Origin: Verrucomicrobiota bacterium
Lineage (GTDB): Bacteria > Verrucomicrobiota > Verrucomicrobiia > Chthoniobacterales > UBA10450
Assembly (NCBI GenBank): GCA_003218415.1
Contig: QHNK01000028.1
Coordinates: 2,029-66,028, forward strand
Direction: 5' to 3'
Length of the DNA: 64,000 nucleotides
Shown here: piece after piece, positions 1-9,608 of the stretch
Layout: every line of letters starts with the position of its first letter
Numbering within the stretch: the first letter of the stretch is position 1
Program-made: the position numbers and the translations under genes
The notes under the pieces: generated by a model
The model's database searches: none
The model's input: only the letters and a program-made list of their open reading frames with translations
What the model was told of the DNA's origin: nothing

Positions 1-49
1 TATTGAAGCCAGTTGTGCGAGCAATAGGTAACCGCGCCAAATCAGTGCA

Positions 50-295
50 ATGAAAATTCATGTGCAGTTTTACGCGCAATTACGCGATCTGATTGGAATC
101 CGTGAGTTGGATGTCGATCTTTCGAAAGGGGCCACTGTGCGCGACCTGCTCGACCAAATCTATGCGAAACAACCTGCGCTTCGTTCCCATGACAAGAGCA
201 TTTTGATTGGCGCAGGCGTGGAATTTGTCGATCGCAATCACAAACTCAAACCGGGCGACGAGATTTCCATCATGCCGCCAGTGCAAGGCGGATGA
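50..295 (+). CDS. MoaD/ThiS-family ubiquitin-like sulfur-carrier protein
   Basis: 81-aa ORF ending in the diagnostic C-terminal Gly-Gly (...GDEISIMPPVQGG*). Size and pattern fit a beta-grasp sulfur carrier. Confidence 0.8.
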   Translation: MKIHVQFYAQLRDLIGIRELDVDLSKGATVRDLLDQIYAKQPALRSHDKSILIGAGVEFVDRNHKLKPGDEISIMPPVQGG

Positions 296-331
296 ATTAA
301 GGCAGAAGTAAGAGGCTCAACGGTCAGGTAA

Positions 332-817
332 TCAGTCGCGAAAATTTTTGAAACTCGTGGCGACGCCGAAGTCGCGGCTGCGCACGAATTGAATCACAGC
401 CTGTAGTTCGTCTCTCTTTTTTCCGGCGACCCGAATTTGCCGGTCCTGCAATTGGCTTTGCACCTTGAAGCCTTGTGACTTGATCGCCTGAATGATCTCC
501 TTCGCTTTATTTCCTTCCAGGCCCTGCCGAATTTTCAATTCCTGTCGGGCGTGACCTACGGATGAAATGGCGGGCTCGTCCTGTTCGATGTTGCGCAGAT
601 CGACGCCGCGCTTGGAAAGTTTGCCGATGAGAATTTCCCGTAACCCATGGAGGTGAGCGGCGTCGTCGGCAGTGAGCGTAATTTTGTCTTTCTCAGGGAG
701 AATTTCGGCGGCTATCCCCTTGAAATCGAATCGAGTGGCCAGCTCTTTGCGCGCCTGATTAATCGCATTGTCGAGCTCCTGCTTGTCAACTTCTGAGACG
801 ATATCGAAGGAAGGCAT
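332..817 (-). CDS. yajQ: YajQ-family nucleotide (c-di-GMP)-binding protein (UPF0234)
   Basis: 161 aa starting MPSFDIVSEVDKQELDNAINQARKELATRFDFKG..., the characteristic YajQ N-terminus and length. Confidence 0.9.
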   Translation of the reverse strand: MPSFDIVSEVDKQELDNAINQARKELATRFDFKGIAAEILPEKDKITLTADDAAHLHGLREILIGKLSKRGVDLRNIEQDEPAISSVGHARQELKIRQGLEGNKAKEIIQAIKSQGFKVQSQLQDRQIRVAGKKRDELQAVIQFVRSRDFGVATSFKNFRD

Positions 818-879
818 TTTCGGATTGCGGATTTTAGATCGCGGATTGTGGATTGATCAAATCCCGAATCATTTGCGCG

Positions 880-1680
880 TTACGGATTAGCTTCCACGAT
901 TTTTATGTTGCCCTCCTTCATGCGCATTGTAACTGCGGCTTCGCCTCCGCCTTCGAATAACGTGTCGATCTTTGTGATCTCTTTGGTCTCGCGCTCGGTT
1001 GACTCCACGAAATCACTTTCAATTTTTCCGTGCCCCGTTTCCGCAACCAGATGATAAGCAATATCAGCTGGAAAAAAGGCCCAGGCATTTCCGTGCGCGA
1101 TATTTGTTTGGATTGAAAATTTCCCCGGCTCCCACCAGTCGTAAGCCAGGGTGAGCGTGCCGCGATCCAGCGTGAGCGCGACATTGCTAAAGCAGTTGTG
1201 AGCAAACATCCGCCCGCTCCCCAAGCGCGCGTGCACCCTCTGGCCGCGCAACCCATCCACGAAAACTTCACCAGCGCCTAATTCCAGGCGCGCCAGGTTG
1301 GCGGTTGCCGGGATAACGATGGTGTAATCAACCGTGCCGGAGCGATCGAACAGCGCCCATTTCGGTTTGGGAGGGAATTTGGTGTTGATTGAAGCGGAGC
1401 CTGGCTGGATGGAAACATCGACCGCGATCTGTTTCAGTCGCCCGCGAGTGTATGCTCGCTTGATGGCTTGCACCAGCATCTCGTTTGTGTTCGAACCGTA
1501 AACGAAGACCGCGCCGTCGCCATTGATGACTGTGACGTTCGCGGTCGGTTCAATCGTGTAGATTTGCTCGGACGTTTCCTCCAAGGTGCGGTGCGCTGCG
1601 GACCCGCACCCCGCAACTGCCGACAATAATGCAGCTAATAGGAGCCGAACGACTTGTTGATTAATAGCCAGTGATCGCAC
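880..1680 (-). CDS. putative lipoprotein, beta-strand-rich (possibly DUF4097/adhesin-like)
   Basis: 266-aa ORF with a signal peptide plus lipobox-like LSAVAGC. Function is not recognisable from motifs. Confidence 0.65.
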   Translation of the reverse strand: MRSLAINQQVVRLLLAALLSAVAGCGSAAHRTLEETSEQIYTIEPTANVTVINGDGAVFVYGSNTNEMLVQAIKRAYTRGRLKQIAVDVSIQPGSASINTKFPPKPKWALFDRSGTVDYTIVIPATANLARLELGAGEVFVDGLRGQRVHARLGSGRMFAHNCFSNVALTLDRGTLTLAYDWWEPGKFSIQTNIAHGNAWAFFPADIAYHLVAETGHGKIESDFVESTERETKEITKIDTLFEGGGEAAVTMRMKEGNIKIVEANP

Positions 1681-1976
1681 GCAAATTCCATCACCGCATG
1701 TGCGTTACTGATCAAGGGGAGAAATGCCGTCAGCGCAAGAACCGCCCAAAGCGAGGCTTCACCCCAAAAATCCTGGCGGGCTTCATTTTTATAATAATCG
1801 CCTGTGATATTCCAAAACGATCGTGCACGAGTGGACACATAACGTGCGCTCGACCCCTCGAAGGCGACAGAATGGTAATTGTAATCTGTGACCGACAAGC
1901 GTCGGCTTCTGCGCTTGCCACCGTCGAATGACTCGCGGCGGCGAGAACGAATGAGTGTTGGGAAGGTTGGTTTCAT
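1635..1976 (-). CDS. hypothetical small membrane protein
   Basis: 113-aa ORF with one hydrophobic segment (ASLWAVLALTAFLPLISNAHAV). It overlaps the downstream lipoprotein ORF by 46 nt. No recognisable motif. Confidence 0.3.
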   Translation of the reverse strand: MKPTFPTLIRSRRRESFDGGKRRSRRLSVTDYNYHSVAFEGSSARYVSTRARSFWNITGDYYKNEARQDFWGEASLWAVLALTAFLPLISNAHAVMEFACDHWLLINKSFGSY

Positions 1977-2117
1977 AATTCTTCTTTCCTATGAGATGCG
2001 CTGCGCATCTGAGTTGGATTCAAAAATTTCTCAGTCCATGAGGCCACCATCTGCCATGGAGTCATAAGGAGGGTTTGCCCGCGCGTATCCGTTCCCGTAA
2101 TATCGGTCCCAGAAATT

Positions 2118-3998
2118 GTGCGGAAGCTGTCTCGATCCTGGTGGCAGGGGCTGTTCGTTATCGCAACGGTTGCAGCCACAATCGTTGTCACATTGATTTC
2201 GCTCCGCGATTTCCAGCGCGAAGTTGTGCCGCCGGAGAATCGTCCCATCCAATCGCAGATCGCCGGTTATGTAAGCTCGAATGCCTGCCGCGCCTGTCAT
2301 CCTGGGAATTACGCGAGCTGGCACGCGTCGTTTCATCGCACCATGACGCAGGTGGCAACGCCACAGTGTTTGCCGCCGGACATGGACAAGCTCGAGCTTG
2401 CATTCAACGGGCGCGAATACAAAGCAGAGCGTCGCGGCGATAAGTTTTTTGTCCGCACGCGGCCAGAAAGCGGCAGCTATGGCGAACCGCAGCAAGTCGT
2501 ACTCGTGACCGGTTCGCACAATTTGCAAATCCTTTGGCTGGACACCGGCGAGGGCCGGACCCTGCAACAATTTCCCTTCGGCTACATCGTCGCTGAGAAA
2601 ATGTGGGCGCCAGTGACTGAGACATTCCTGATTCCGCCGAATGTGAAGGAATATTATTCTACGGGCGCATGGAATGGCGCGTGCATGGATTGCCACGTCA
2701 CCCAGGGGCAGTCGCGGTTTGTCGCGGGCAACAAATGGGATTCACAGGTGGCCGAGTTCGGGATCGCGTGTGAAGCCTGCCATAGCGAGGGGCGCGAGCA
2801 CATGGAGCGCAATCGTAATCCATTTCGCCGTTTCAAAATTCATCTCACAACGAAGTCGGACCCAACCGTAACCAATCCTGCAAGTTTGAAAGGTCTGGAA
2901 TCCGGCCTCGCCTGCGGGCAGTGCCACAGCGTCTGGGCTTTCAACGGCATGGCTGACAAGATCGAGTTCAATCGGCACGGCGCGGCTTTTCGTCCCGGTG
3001 CTGGCGATCTCTCGCAACGCTTCGTGGTTCAACCCAACGCGCCGGATCATACTGAACAAAAGGATTTCATTCGCCGGACCGAACCGGATTTTTTCCACAA
3101 TCGATTCTGGGGCGATGGGATGATTCGTGTGACCGGGCGCGAATTCAACGGCGTGCAGGCCTCGCCTTGTTTTCGCGGGGGCGAATTCTCCTGCATTTCA
3201 TGCCACGAAATGCACCTCGACTCGCCCGGCCAAACCGATGCGAAAACGTGGGCGCGCACCGCGCAGTTAAAACCGAAAATGGATTCGGACTCCGCCTGTT
3301 TGCAATGTCACAAAGACATGACCGCAAGGCTCGTCGCGCACACTCACCATAGCGCGGAGTCATCCGGCAGCCGCTGTTACAACTGCCACATGCCGCGCAC
3401 AACATTCGGATTGCTGCGCGCGATGCGCAGCCATCAGGTCTCGTCGCCCAACGTGCATGAGAGCATTGCCTATGGTCGGCCAAATGCATGCAATCTTTGC
3501 CATCTCGATCAAACGCTCGGATGGGCTGCGCAGCATTTGCACGCGTGGTATAACCAACCTGTGCCGGAACTTTCCGAGGACGATCGCACGATCGCTGCGG
3601 CCGTGCAGTGGATCTTGAAGGGCGATGCCGGACAGCGCGCGCTCATTGCCTGGGGGATAGGTTGGGAGAGCGCGCAAAAAATCGCCGGACGGGACTGGCT
3701 GTATCCCTACCTGATCTACACGTTGACCGATTCTTACGCCGCGGTGCGTTTCGATGCGTGGAAATCGCTCCGAACGCTGCCCGGGTTCTCCGACTTCTCG
3801 TTTACCTACACCGCGCCCGATCAAACGCTGGGCGAAGCGGCGACGCGCGCTTATAAAAAATGGCTGGGCGAAGTGCGCAATGTGAATGCAGTTTATCGGC
3901 GAGAAACGGCCATCGATTCGGACGGCCGTGTCCGGCAAGATGTTTTCCAAAGATTGCGGAGCGCGCGCGACGAGAAACCAATTTTTCTTGCAGAATGA
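2118..3998 (+). CDS. membrane-anchored octaheme c-type cytochrome with HEAT-like C-terminal region
   Basis: 626 aa, GTG start, N-terminal TM anchor (GLFVIATVAATIVVTLISL). Eight CxxCH motifs: CRACH, CMDCH, CEACH, CGQCH, CISCH, CLQCH, CYNCH, CNLCH. The C-terminus has an ...YAAVRFDAWKSLRTLPG... HEAT-like repeat. Confidence 0.85.
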   Translation: MRKLSRSWWQGLFVIATVAATIVVTLISLRDFQREVVPPENRPIQSQIAGYVSSNACRACHPGNYASWHASFHRTMTQVATPQCLPPDMDKLELAFNGREYKAERRGDKFFVRTRPESGSYGEPQQVVLVTGSHNLQILWLDTGEGRTLQQFPFGYIVAEKMWAPVTETFLIPPNVKEYYSTGAWNGACMDCHVTQGQSRFVAGNKWDSQVAEFGIACEACHSEGREHMERNRNPFRRFKIHLTTKSDPTVTNPASLKGLESGLACGQCHSVWAFNGMADKIEFNRHGAAFRPGAGDLSQRFVVQPNAPDHTEQKDFIRRTEPDFFHNRFWGDGMIRVTGREFNGVQASPCFRGGEFSCISCHEMHLDSPGQTDAKTWARTAQLKPKMDSDSACLQCHKDMTARLVAHTHHSAESSGSRCYNCHMPRTTFGLLRAMRSHQVSSPNVHESIAYGRPNACNLCHLDQTLGWAAQHLHAWYNQPVPELSEDDRTIAAAVQWILKGDAGQRALIAWGIGWESAQKIAGRDWLYPYLIYTLTDSYAAVRFDAWKSLRTLPGFSDFSFTYTAPDQTLGEAATRAYKKWLGEVRNVNAVYRRETAIDSDGRVRQDVFQRLRSARDEKPIFLAE

Positions 3999-4450
3999 GT
4001 CGTGCTTCAAAACATGCGCTGCCCGGCGCGCAGTTGGCTGACCGCAATTTGCGCTTCGGTTGGTGGTCGCTTCTCGTCTTTTTATCACTCGGTGCAGTGC
4101 TCGAAACGCTGCACGGTTTCAAGATCGGGTGGTATGTCGATGTTGGAAACGAAACGCGGCGACTCATGTTCACGCTCGCCCACGCGCACGGAACCCTGCT
4201 CGCGCTCGTGAACATCGCCGCTGGGCTGACCGCGCGATTCGTGGAGCGCTTCGCGCTTCGGTCGTCGGTTTCTATCGCATTAATTTGGGCTGCGATTCTT
4301 CTGCCAGCTGGCTTTTTTCTCGGCGGAATTGTCATCTACGACGGAGACCCAGGGTTGGGCGTCTGGCTGGTGCCCATCGGGGCGGCATTATTGTTCTATG
4401 GCATTGCGCGAATTGCGCTTGACTTATCCAGACGTAATCAAGGTCGCTAG
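3995..4450 (+). CDS. 4-TM membrane protein with conserved-looking histidines, translationally coupled to the cytochrome
   Basis: The internal ATG at 3995 overlaps the cytochrome TGA (ATGA). About four hydrophobic helices, with His residues in or near the helices ([16 protein letters not shown]). The upstream part of the 3860 ORF overlaps the cytochrome and is Arg/Cys-rich junk. Confidence 0.7.
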   Translation: MSRASKHALPGAQLADRNLRFGWWSLLVFLSLGAVLETLHGFKIGWYVDVGNETRRLMFTLAHAHGTLLALVNIAAGLTARFVERFALRSSVSIALIWAAILLPAGFFLGGIVIYDGDPGLGVWLVPIGAALLFYGIARIALDLSRRNQGR

Positions 4451-5982
4451 ACCCACAGCGTGCGATCGAAGGTGCGATATTGGATCGCTTCGCTGACGTG
4501 TTCAGGGGAGATGTCGCTCTTGCCGTCGAGATCGGCGATGGTGCGCGAGACTTTCAGGATCCGATCATAAGCGCGGGCGCTGAGGTTGAGTTCATTCATG
4601 GCCACGCGAATCAATTCCTGCGAATCCTGGCTGAGTTTGCAGTGCTGTTTCAGCTGACGCGTGGCCATGCGCGCATTGCAATTTACTTTTGCGTCGTTCC
4701 GAAAGCGTTCCTGCTGGCGTTGCCGCGCGCGGATGACGCGCGCGCGAATGGCGGCGGAAGTTTCCTCTGAGCGCTCGCTGGCTATGTCGCGATATTCGAC
4801 AGCGGGGACCTCGATGTGGAGATCGATGCGATCCAATAGCGGTCCGGAAATGCGTTGGCGATATCGCTGCACTTGCACTGGGCCGCAACGGCACTCGCGT
4901 TTCAAATCGCCAAAGTATCCACACGGGCAAGGATTCATAGCCGCGACCAGCATGAACTCGGAGGGAAAAGTGACGCTGCCTGCCGCGCGCGACACGGTGA
5001 CTTTTCCGTCCTCAAGCGGCTGCCGCATCACCTCTAATGCCGATCTCTTAAACTCAGGCAGCTCATCGAGAAAGAGGACGCCGTTGTGGGCGACGCTCAC
5101 TTCGCCCGGATTTGGGAATGTTCCGCCGCCGAGCAAACCGATGTCGCTGATGGTATGATGCGGCGCGCGGAATGGTCGCGTGGAGACGAATGATTTTTCC
5201 GCATCCAGCAAACCCGCGATGCTGTGAATCTTCGTTGTCTCGATCGCTTCCTCGAGCGAGAGCGGTGGAATGATGGTCGGGATGCGTTTGGCCAGCATCG
5301 ATTTACCCGAGCCGGGCGGTCCGATCATGAGGACATTGTGACCGCCAGCTACGGCCACTTCGATGGCGCGTTTGACGTGGCCCTGGCCTTTCACATCGCT
5401 GAAATCCACGTCGTAGATTTGATGCGCCGCAAAGAAACCGGTCAGATCGGCGCGTGTAGGCAGAAGCGCGATTTCGCCGCGCAAAAAGGCGAATGTCTGG
5501 CGTAAATTTTGCACGCCGTAGATGTCGATCTTATCGACCATGGCGGCTTCAAGTGCGTTGGCTTCGGGAACAAACAGCGCGCGCTTGCCGCGGCGTCGTG
5601 CTTCCAACGCAACCGGCAGCACGCCTTTCACAGCACGAACTGAACCGTCCAGGGCGAGCTCACCCACAAAGCTAAAGTTCTCGAACGGCGAACTGTCCAA
5701 TTCTTCGGTCACGGCGATCATTCCAAGTGCGATTGGTAAATCGAAGCTTGGTCCCTCCTTTTTGATGTCTGCCGGGGCGAGATTGATCGTGGTGCGACCA
5801 CGTGGCCAATAGTAGCCGCTGTTTGCGATCGCAGTGGTGACGCGGTCGCGGCTTTCCTTCACTGCTGCGTCCGGCAAACCGACAATGACGATGTTCGGAT
5901 CCCCGCCCGCCCCGTTCACTTCGATCTCCACTTCGTACGCGTCCACGCCGTAAACGGCAGCGGAATAAATTTTCGCCAGCAT
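4447..5982 (-). CDS. comM: YifB/ComM-family Mg-chelatase-like AAA+ ATPase
   Basis: 511 aa. N-terminus [22 protein letters not shown]..., Walker A GPPGSGKS, and the C-terminal ...[18 protein letters not shown]... typical of ComM/YifB. Confidence 0.9.
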   Translation of the reverse strand: MLAKIYSAAVYGVDAYEVEIEVNGAGGDPNIVIVGLPDAAVKESRDRVTTAIANSGYYWPRGRTTINLAPADIKKEGPSFDLPIALGMIAVTEELDSSPFENFSFVGELALDGSVRAVKGVLPVALEARRRGKRALFVPEANALEAAMVDKIDIYGVQNLRQTFAFLRGEIALLPTRADLTGFFAAHQIYDVDFSDVKGQGHVKRAIEVAVAGGHNVLMIGPPGSGKSMLAKRIPTIIPPLSLEEAIETTKIHSIAGLLDAEKSFVSTRPFRAPHHTISDIGLLGGGTFPNPGEVSVAHNGVLFLDELPEFKRSALEVMRQPLEDGKVTVSRAAGSVTFPSEFMLVAAMNPCPCGYFGDLKRECRCGPVQVQRYRQRISGPLLDRIDLHIEVPAVEYRDIASERSEETSAAIRARVIRARQRQQERFRNDAKVNCNARMATRQLKQHCKLSQDSQELIRVAMNELNLSARAYDRILKVSRTIADLDGKSDISPEHVSEAIQYRTFDRTLWV

Positions 5983-6249
5983 CGCGGCACCAAAGTCTCA
6001 GAAAACGACGCCGACGAAAAGCCGCAAATATCCCTCTAAAGTGGGATACCATTCAGGTGTGCAAGTGTGGTAAATATTTTGGACTTGGGAGGCCCCCAAA
6101 AAGATTGAACAAGAGGCGCCCGGAGGGTGTCAGAAATCCGAATATTTAACCTTGTTAAATACTTCCCAGGATGCTACAACGCGTGATCAACAAGGCATCG
6201 ACGAATACAATTTACGGGGGGTTGTCAATCCAAACCCCCAAAATGTTTG

Positions 6250-7119
6250 ATGAAAAAGAGTTATATGGCTGCTGAAGATAGCGATACCGGGATTAAGATT
6301 TACCTGCGCGAGATCGGGCAAATCCCGCTCCTGACTCCGCAGCAGGAGATCGAGCTGGCCGCAAAGATCAAGAAGGGCGATCGCGAAGCGCGCGCCCTGA
6401 TGATCCGGTCTAATTTGCGCCTGGTGGTCAAGATCGCGCATGATTATGCGAACCTTGGCCTGCCGCTGCTAGACCTGATTTCCGAAGGCAACATCGGCTT
6501 GATGAAGGCGGTGGAGCGTTTCGATCCGGCGAAAGGCGGAAAGCTCAGCACCTACGCGGCATGGTGGATCAAGCAATCCATCAAGCGCGCGCTGGCCAAC
6601 CAAAGTAAGACGATCCGTCTGCCCGTGCATTTGGTGGACAAGATTTCCAAGATGCGCCGCGTCTCCCTGCAAATGAGCGAGGAACTTGGCCGCGAACCGA
6701 CGGACGAAGAGTTGGGCGATGAGATCGGCATCGCGAGCGGAAAAGTTTCTCAACTCAAGACCGTCTCGATTCGTCCGGCTTCGCTCGACGCGCCCATCAG
6801 CGACGATGATTCCACCGAGTTTGGCGAAATCGTCGGCGACGAGGAGGCCCAGACGCCGTTCGAGCTGTTGCGCGACAAAAATCTCCGTAACGAGGTCGGC
6901 GGTTTGCTTGACGTGCTCGATGATCGCGAAAAGAAGATCATTTTCCAGCGCTTCGGTCTGGACGGGGGCAAACCCAAGACTCTCGAGGAAGTCGGCAAGA
7001 AATTCGGCGTTACGCGCGAGCGCATCCGGCAGTTGCAGAACATCGCGCTCTCGAAGCTTCGCCGCGCTCTAAGCAAGAAAGAGCGTCCGGTGGACGTCGA
7101 ATTGCCGGTGGAAGCGTAG
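6250..7119 (+). CDS. RpoD-family sigma-70 factor (compact, no long region 1.1)
   Basis: Regions 1.2 through 4 are readable: IKIYLREIGQIPLLTPQQEIELA, LRLVVKIAHDY, GNIGLMKAVERFDP, TYAAWWIKQSI, and LEEVGKKFGVTRERIRQLQNIAL (4.2 HTH). Start is ATG 6250 (TTG 6247 is also possible). Confidence 0.9.
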   Translation: MKKSYMAAEDSDTGIKIYLREIGQIPLLTPQQEIELAAKIKKGDREARALMIRSNLRLVVKIAHDYANLGLPLLDLISEGNIGLMKAVERFDPAKGGKLSTYAAWWIKQSIKRALANQSKTIRLPVHLVDKISKMRRVSLQMSEELGREPTDEELGDEIGIASGKVSQLKTVSIRPASLDAPISDDDSTEFGEIVGDEEAQTPFELLRDKNLRNEVGGLLDVLDDREKKIIFQRFGLDGGKPKTLEEVGKKFGVTRERIRQLQNIALSKLRRALSKKERPVDVELPVEA

Positions 7120-7120
7120 C

Positions 7121-7201
7121 TGTAGCCGCTTTCCTGTGGGAAGCGCCGCACTAACCTGCTAAACACACGCGAGATCCGCCGCTCACAAAGCGGACTCTAC
7201 A
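7121..7201. repeat. REP-like TGTAG + GC-hairpin units just after the sigma-factor stop
   Basis: TGTAGCCGCTTTCCTGTGGGAAGCGCCGC ... TCCGCCGCTCACAAAGCGGACTCTACA. Two short hairpins bracketed by TGTAG/CTACA, like the other units in this window. Confidence 0.5.
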
Positions 7202-7337
7202 ATCATTTCACCGTGCGCAGTTGAATGCAATCAATCAGCATCCGGCCCATGCGGACATCGCTGATGATTACCGTGTTATTAAACAAACGCGGGACGTCTA
7301 GCAGGGGCGTGCCGCGCGCAAAGGCAGTTTCCGTTGG

Positions 7338-7928
7338 TTACCGCACTCCGGCTTGTTTCTCTGCCTGCTGGACCATCGACAGGTGCTGCTTCAGCGTTGG
7401 CACGGTTTTCGACGCCCAAGACTTCAGCTCGCTGTCGTCCCCGCTCTTTGCCTGTCTGTCGAACGCGGCAATGTCCATTTTGTGGCGCTCATCAAGCCAC
7501 TTCAAATAGAGGGCGTCAAAATTCCCGCTGCCAAGATTTTGGGCTTTAACACTGCTGGTACTGAACGTTACGCCTTTGCGGTTGGCCAATGCAGTCAGCT
7601 CTTTATTGATTCTGGTGTGATCAGCCACTGTGCGCGCAGCGATGTTTTTCACTTCCGCGCCTTTTGCCTGTCTTTCAGCCATCTTCCCGTTTTCAACTTC
7701 TTGTTGGCCGTTCCCTCCCGCGCTCTGAATGAAGCTGACGTCCTTCTGACTCATTTTCACCACGGCACCGGGTGATGCCGCGGCCGCCCCGGCGGACTGG
7801 GAACGAAGATGAGGATTGGTCCCGATCCCGGTGTCGGTTTGAGCGCGGACGGTTCCGATAACGCAGATGCTGCTGGCTGCGATCGCAGCCGCTGCGATTC
7901 CTGAGAGTGATATAAGTTTGGGTTTCAT
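7338..7928 (-). CDS. DUF4142-domain secreted protein
   Basis: ATG 7928 is preceded by AAGGAG. Signal peptide MKPKLISLSGIAAAAIAASS, and a four-helix-type body (...FIQSAGGNGQQEVENGKMA...DHTRINKELTALA...HKMDIAAF...LKQHLSMVQQAEKQ) matching my memory of DUF4142. Confidence 0.75.
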   Translation of the reverse strand: MKPKLISLSGIAAAAIAASSICVIGTVRAQTDTGIGTNPHLRSQSAGAAAASPGAVVKMSQKDVSFIQSAGGNGQQEVENGKMAERQAKGAEVKNIAARTVADHTRINKELTALANRKGVTFSTSSVKAQNLGSGNFDALYLKWLDERHKMDIAAFDRQAKSGDDSELKSWASKTVPTLKQHLSMVQQAEKQAGVR

Positions 7929-8103
7929 TAGGGGCTCCTTTTTAAGATGATGCTGCATAATTACCGGCTGAGCCGGCAGTTAAGAATCGCATCTTCACAT
8001 CAGCTTGGACGCGACTCTCCACACAAAATTCATATAAAAATCGGCGTGTGACAAGAACTGGCCATTCTTGTCCCCTTCCGCTTTTGAGGCGTGGAAAATT
8101 CGA

Positions 8104-9519
8104 TCAGGCATGCGGGATATTCTGTTCGTAGGAGCTTTCTACTCGTCGCGCCACGTCCTTGTAGCCATAATCAACTTCGTAAATCTGCTTCATACAGGCG
8201 AGCGATTTCTCCCGTTCGCCCATCCGCTCGCAAACGAGGCCTAGATTGTACACGATCTCCTTCTTCATCGCGTCCATGGACAAAATTTCCTTCGACGCTT
8301 CCTCGAGTTGCTTCATTGCAAGATCAAGCATCTCAAGTTCGCTATAGCAGCAACCGAGCAGGTTCATCGCTTTCAAGCGCGCATGTGGATTTTGCCGTGC
8401 GCGTTGCAGCTCCGGCAGGGCCTCGCGAAAACGCCCGGCATCAAAAAGGTTTTCACCCAACTCGAATCGAAGCTGAAGGTCGGTCGGATTCCGCGCCACG
8501 CGCTCTCGCGCATCGTCGATGAGGATTTCTGCACGCTTGGCTTTGGCGGCCTTCAGTTGCTGGGACTTTTTCGCGTGCAATTCATCCGGTTCATTGTGCG
8601 AGGAAAGAAACTCCTCGTGCGCAGCGATCTCCCGTTCGAGACATTTGATTTTCAAGTCCGAAACTTTTCGAGCCAATCCGGTGTCTGCGCCCTTGGTCAG
8701 ATCGGCAGCGCCCTGATACCAGCGAATCGCTGCCTCGAAATCTTCCTTTTGCTCGTTCAACGCGCCCAGTCGTCGCACCAGATCGATATTTGCCGGTTCC
8801 GCTTTATGCCGGGCGTACGTTTCGGCAATCTGTTGATCGAGCGCTTCCCCGGTCAAGCGCATGCGGCTCTGTTGCTCGAGTGAAATTGCTACGTCTTTGT
8901 CCTTGATCAGGTCGCGGTAGCTTTCAGCCTGCGTCCATCCACCTCTCTTCATGGTTGAATGGGCCGAGGCGTCTTTGCCCAGACGGAGCGCTTGAGCATC
9001 CAGCGGGTTTATCGCGGTGATTTGATTATAGATTTCCACCTCCTGATCGCTGTCTCCAAGTTGATGATACAAACGCCCAAGCTCCTGCAGCACCTTGACG
9101 TCGCGAGAATTTTCCTCAAGCAGCGTGCGCAGCGCGAAGACTGCGATCTCCGGCCAGCCAGCCGCTAGCGCGGCTTCTTTCAAAACCAGATTTGCCTGGC
9201 GATTGTAAGGTTCCTTTTCCAGAACCTTCTCCAATATTTCAACCGCGCGTTTCGGGTCCTTTTTGATTTCTCGCTGCGCCTTCATGACCCAGATCGGCGC
9301 AGTTGAGATGTTGAAAAAGCTTTTCTTTGCCGATTTGCTTTTTGTTACCTCGGCGCGCCGCAATAGTTCACGGCCCGTGAGAAATTGAGGCTCCTGCTTG
9401 AGCATCTCCTGCAAGAGTGAAATTGCGTAGCCAAAATTGCGCAGCTCGATGGCCGCCACTGCCTTGAGCCAGAGGGCGCGCAACGCTTCGCTCAACTCCT
9501 TTTCGGTTTTGACCGCCAT
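8104..9519 (-). CDS. TPR-repeat protein
   Basis: About 470 aa of repeated A/L/Y-rich 34-aa helical units (e.g. ...AIRWYQGAADL..., ...LLGCCYSELEMLDLAMKQLEEA...). Start ATG 9519 is preferred over 9555. Confidence 0.8.
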   Translation of the reverse strand: MAVKTEKELSEALRALWLKAVAAIELRNFGYAISLLQEMLKQEPQFLTGRELLRRAEVTKSKSAKKSFFNISTAPIWVMKAQREIKKDPKRAVEILEKVLEKEPYNRQANLVLKEAALAAGWPEIAVFALRTLLEENSRDVKVLQELGRLYHQLGDSDQEVEIYNQITAINPLDAQALRLGKDASAHSTMKRGGWTQAESYRDLIKDKDVAISLEQQSRMRLTGEALDQQIAETYARHKAEPANIDLVRRLGALNEQKEDFEAAIRWYQGAADLTKGADTGLARKVSDLKIKCLEREIAAHEEFLSSHNEPDELHAKKSQQLKAAKAKRAEILIDDARERVARNPTDLQLRFELGENLFDAGRFREALPELQRARQNPHARLKAMNLLGCCYSELEMLDLAMKQLEEASKEILSMDAMKKEIVYNLGLVCERMGEREKSLACMKQIYEVDYGYKDVARRVESSYEQNIPHA

Positions 9520-9608
9520 GTTCGCGGGGTAGCTTATCACAAAAACGCAACTCATGCGTCGAGCGCGATGGCACTTCGCGCCGAGGTGAATAAGTTAATT
9601 AACTCACA

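Noticed and set aside
6001-6249. Structured RNA or small gene in the 265-nt leader of the sigma-factor gene
   Set aside because: Only a weak G5/C5 hairpin (around 6214..6238) was seen, with no conserved ncRNA signature recognised. It is probably just a promoter and 5'UTR.
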